64,000 nt of DNA from the NCBI RefSeq assembly GCF_009914755.1, contig NC_060935.1; one strand, given 5' to 3'. Within the stretch, counting starts at the first letter, position 1, and each line of letters starts with the position of its first letter. A program made the position numbers and the translations under genes. Positions 61,304-64,000 of this stretch are shown here, piece after piece. The stretch comes from the human T2T-CHM13v2.0 reference genome, Homo sapiens. Below the pieces are notes generated by a model that ran no database searches, was not told where the DNA came from, and saw nothing but the letters and a program-made list of their open reading frames with translations.

Positions 61304-63771
61304 GGCTCATCCTTTCAGATGTGTCAACAAGGTACGCAAGTGTAGGTCTATGATGGGGGAAAGAGATCAGGGAGGGAGAAACATCTCCTGACTCTTGGTT
61401 ATAATATTCACCTACTGCTCAGAGCTGCCCGAAGTTATGAGAATGTTTATGGATTAGAAGAAGCAGTTCTAGAAGTACTCTGAACACAAACAGCTTAAAT
61501 AAGAGTTGTGGAGGAGCCCAGGGGTCTCAGAAGAATTTCATGGTACATAAAGGTTTGTGGCTTAGAAAACGGAATCTTGTTATGACTCATCTGCCTTATG
61601 ATTCATTCAGCTGTAAACTTGTGTGTGTGTTGATTTATGTCCTTTGAGCCTACTTAGTTGGACTGATGTTTTGTGAGCAACTACTATGTGCTATGTGTTT
61701 TCTCTGTGTTAGCTCACGTAAATCCATAACAGCATTATTATGAAGTAGTTGTTAGATGAAGAAGCTAAGTTACAGAAAGATTGTTGGTTGCCTAAGGCCA
61801 CAAACCTAAAGTGGCAGATAGGAACTCAGAACCCAAATCTGAAGTCATGGCATAGTACCACTTCCTCAGTGGACACTTAACTACAGAAATTAATCCTTCC
61901 TGATAATATTTGCTCTGGCCAAATAAAATGGACGATTAGAAAATTATATAGTGTAGTTATGTTAATTCCTTAAAATTAGAAGAAAATAAGAGGTTTACCT
62001 TTGGTAAGCAGAGACAGAAAGTATAATAGCTTAACGAGTTGGAATAAGATGGAATTTGGCTCCACATCTTACAGCTGTGCAAATATGGCACATTTTACAA
62101 ATGCTCTGCCTCAGGTTTTTATCTGTATGTTGAAGACAAAAATAATGTGTAGTTCCCAGGATCACGGTGAGGATCAACCAACACAGGTAATGCACAAAGC
62201 TCTTGTACCTGGTACTTCATTAGCGTCAATAAGGCACCAGCCAGTGTGTACCTCACCTGTACTATGATTGCTAGATATGAAAACAACATTTATGAATCCC
62301 TTTGTTAGTTGTGGCTTTAAAGCCCTGTGTGGCTTTTTTAAAAACACATTTTAATTTTAGCCTTCTAAATATACACCTAGAGTAAGTTTTGTAATAGCAT
62401 TTTCATGTTACAGTATTCCTTTTAGAGTCCATTATAGTCTTTCTGTATTAATGTTTAAAGTTAATGCAGAAAATGAAAATAAATCATCATATATAAGCTA
62501 AAATATAGTGCTTTTGATGCTCTTCCCTTGGACTGCTAAATTCAATTTAAATTTTTTCGCTGAAGAAAATTTGCCTAATTTGCTAACATGTTATAGCTTG
62601 TTATTATCAAGACGTATACTATAAAATACTTTTCAGAGTCTCTAAATTTAAAAAGCTTAAATAATTTTGAGATTGAAATGCTACTGGCTAAGTCTTTTTT
62701 AAAAGTCCATCAGCTAGTATATAGATGAGCAGCTTTTGAAAGTTTAACATTTTGATGTGTTTTTCTTTTTCAACGTAATCAGTTAGCTTTAATTTAGTAA
62801 AAGTGAAAAAAATAAGGTTAGCATCATTGTTTTTCGAAACTCTGTAGGACTAAAGGTTAAATTTCTATCCTGTTTAAAATCTAAGGGCATTCATTCTTTA
62901 AAAATTTAACAACAAAACTTTTAAGTAAAAATAAAATCTGTAATGGTCCTTGGATAAATCTAAAGTTCAGGGTATTGTTATTGAAAATTAGAAATTTGTG
63001 ATAGAACTTAGTGAACAGAGTTTTGTAAAAGTAAGAAAACTGCATCCTATGTGTTTGGTAGAAATCAATCATGTAGCTTCTGCTGGGCTTTATCAGCTTG
63101 CTGGTGACAGTACTTTCTCTATTACAATTGAGCTGTAAAGATAAGCTGGCTATTGTCAATGCCTCTGTTCCTTTACCAGGAAAGTGTACCTCAGGCCTCT
63201 TCATCTGAATTCCATCCTCTTGAATGCTTACAAATCCATCTTTTCAGGAATTCCAATGACGCTTTTCAGTGCTGAGGCGATGGATGGCCACGGCTTTGTT
63301 TTATTAATCAGTGCACGTAATTGTCCATTCATTCATTTGTGCTTCTGTCCTCCCATTTTAAAAGTAGTCTTTTCCAGGCCAGCATTGACTGGCCACTTTC
63401 CATTCTTGGCTCTCTTTTTATCTTCAAGTTTCTCATTATTTATTTGATTCGATTTGTATATGCTTTCGTTTTCATGCCATGAACTCCTTTGCACATCTAT
63501 GCATTAGACTTAAAGCAATCTGTAGTCATTTTGAAGGTATCCTTTAAGATGTTTATCTCTAAGTTTCCTCCAGGCAGGGAATTGCAAAGACTACAGATTT
63601 AACTCACAGGCCTGACACTTTTACAGTGTGAAAATTGATGCCTTGACTTTGCCCTACTTTTCTAATCTTCTTAGAAGTTTAGATGGCCAAATATGAAGGA
63701 TGGAACTATATAACATTTTGATTTCTTATAGTGCCTTATGGTGCTTTGTGTTTGGGAAGTATTTATTTTTA

Positions 63772-64000
<229 letters not shown>

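Overview
This is primate genomic DNA, most likely human, because it carries a near-consensus AluYb8. It lies inside a large + strand gene that I recognise from memory as ARHGAP42 (GRAF3; BAR-PH-RhoGAP-SH3). Only two coding exons fall in the window: 48960-49061 ([34 protein letters not shown]) and 56971-57081 ([37 protein letters not shown]). Both encode BAR-domain sequence, both are phase 0/0, and the ORF track misses both. The rest is intron filled with transposable elements: a near-full-length Tigger1, a full-length antisense L1PA6/7-type element, truncated L1PB/L1PA/L1M pieces, about 18 Alu/FLAM copies, MaLR/ERVL LTRs (including an intact-looking MLT2A), MER DNA transposons, MIR/L2/L3, microsatellites and a 3'UTR-only retrocopy. 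The ORF-track entries are repeat-derived or chance ORFs. I see no prokaryote-style novel system such as CRISPR or an operon. The notable signals are structural or regulatory: (1) a ~231-bp direct repeat flanking an L1PB, with an Alu inserted at the equivalent position of the second copy; (2) a 60-bp inverted copy apparently templated from that L1; (3) a complex direct/inverted micro-duplication containing a 17-bp-arm hairpin; (4) a 32-bp Alu target-site duplication (TSD); (5) an open, extended ORF0 on the L1 antisense-promoter strand, pointing at the ARHGAP42 exons; (6) an MLT2A LTR with a DUX4-type motif pointing into the L1; (7) an AluYb8 forming an inverted pair across a frame-preserving exon; (8) two abutting CArG boxes. 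Repeat subfamily names come from recalled consensus sequences, and boundaries of old repeats are approximate.
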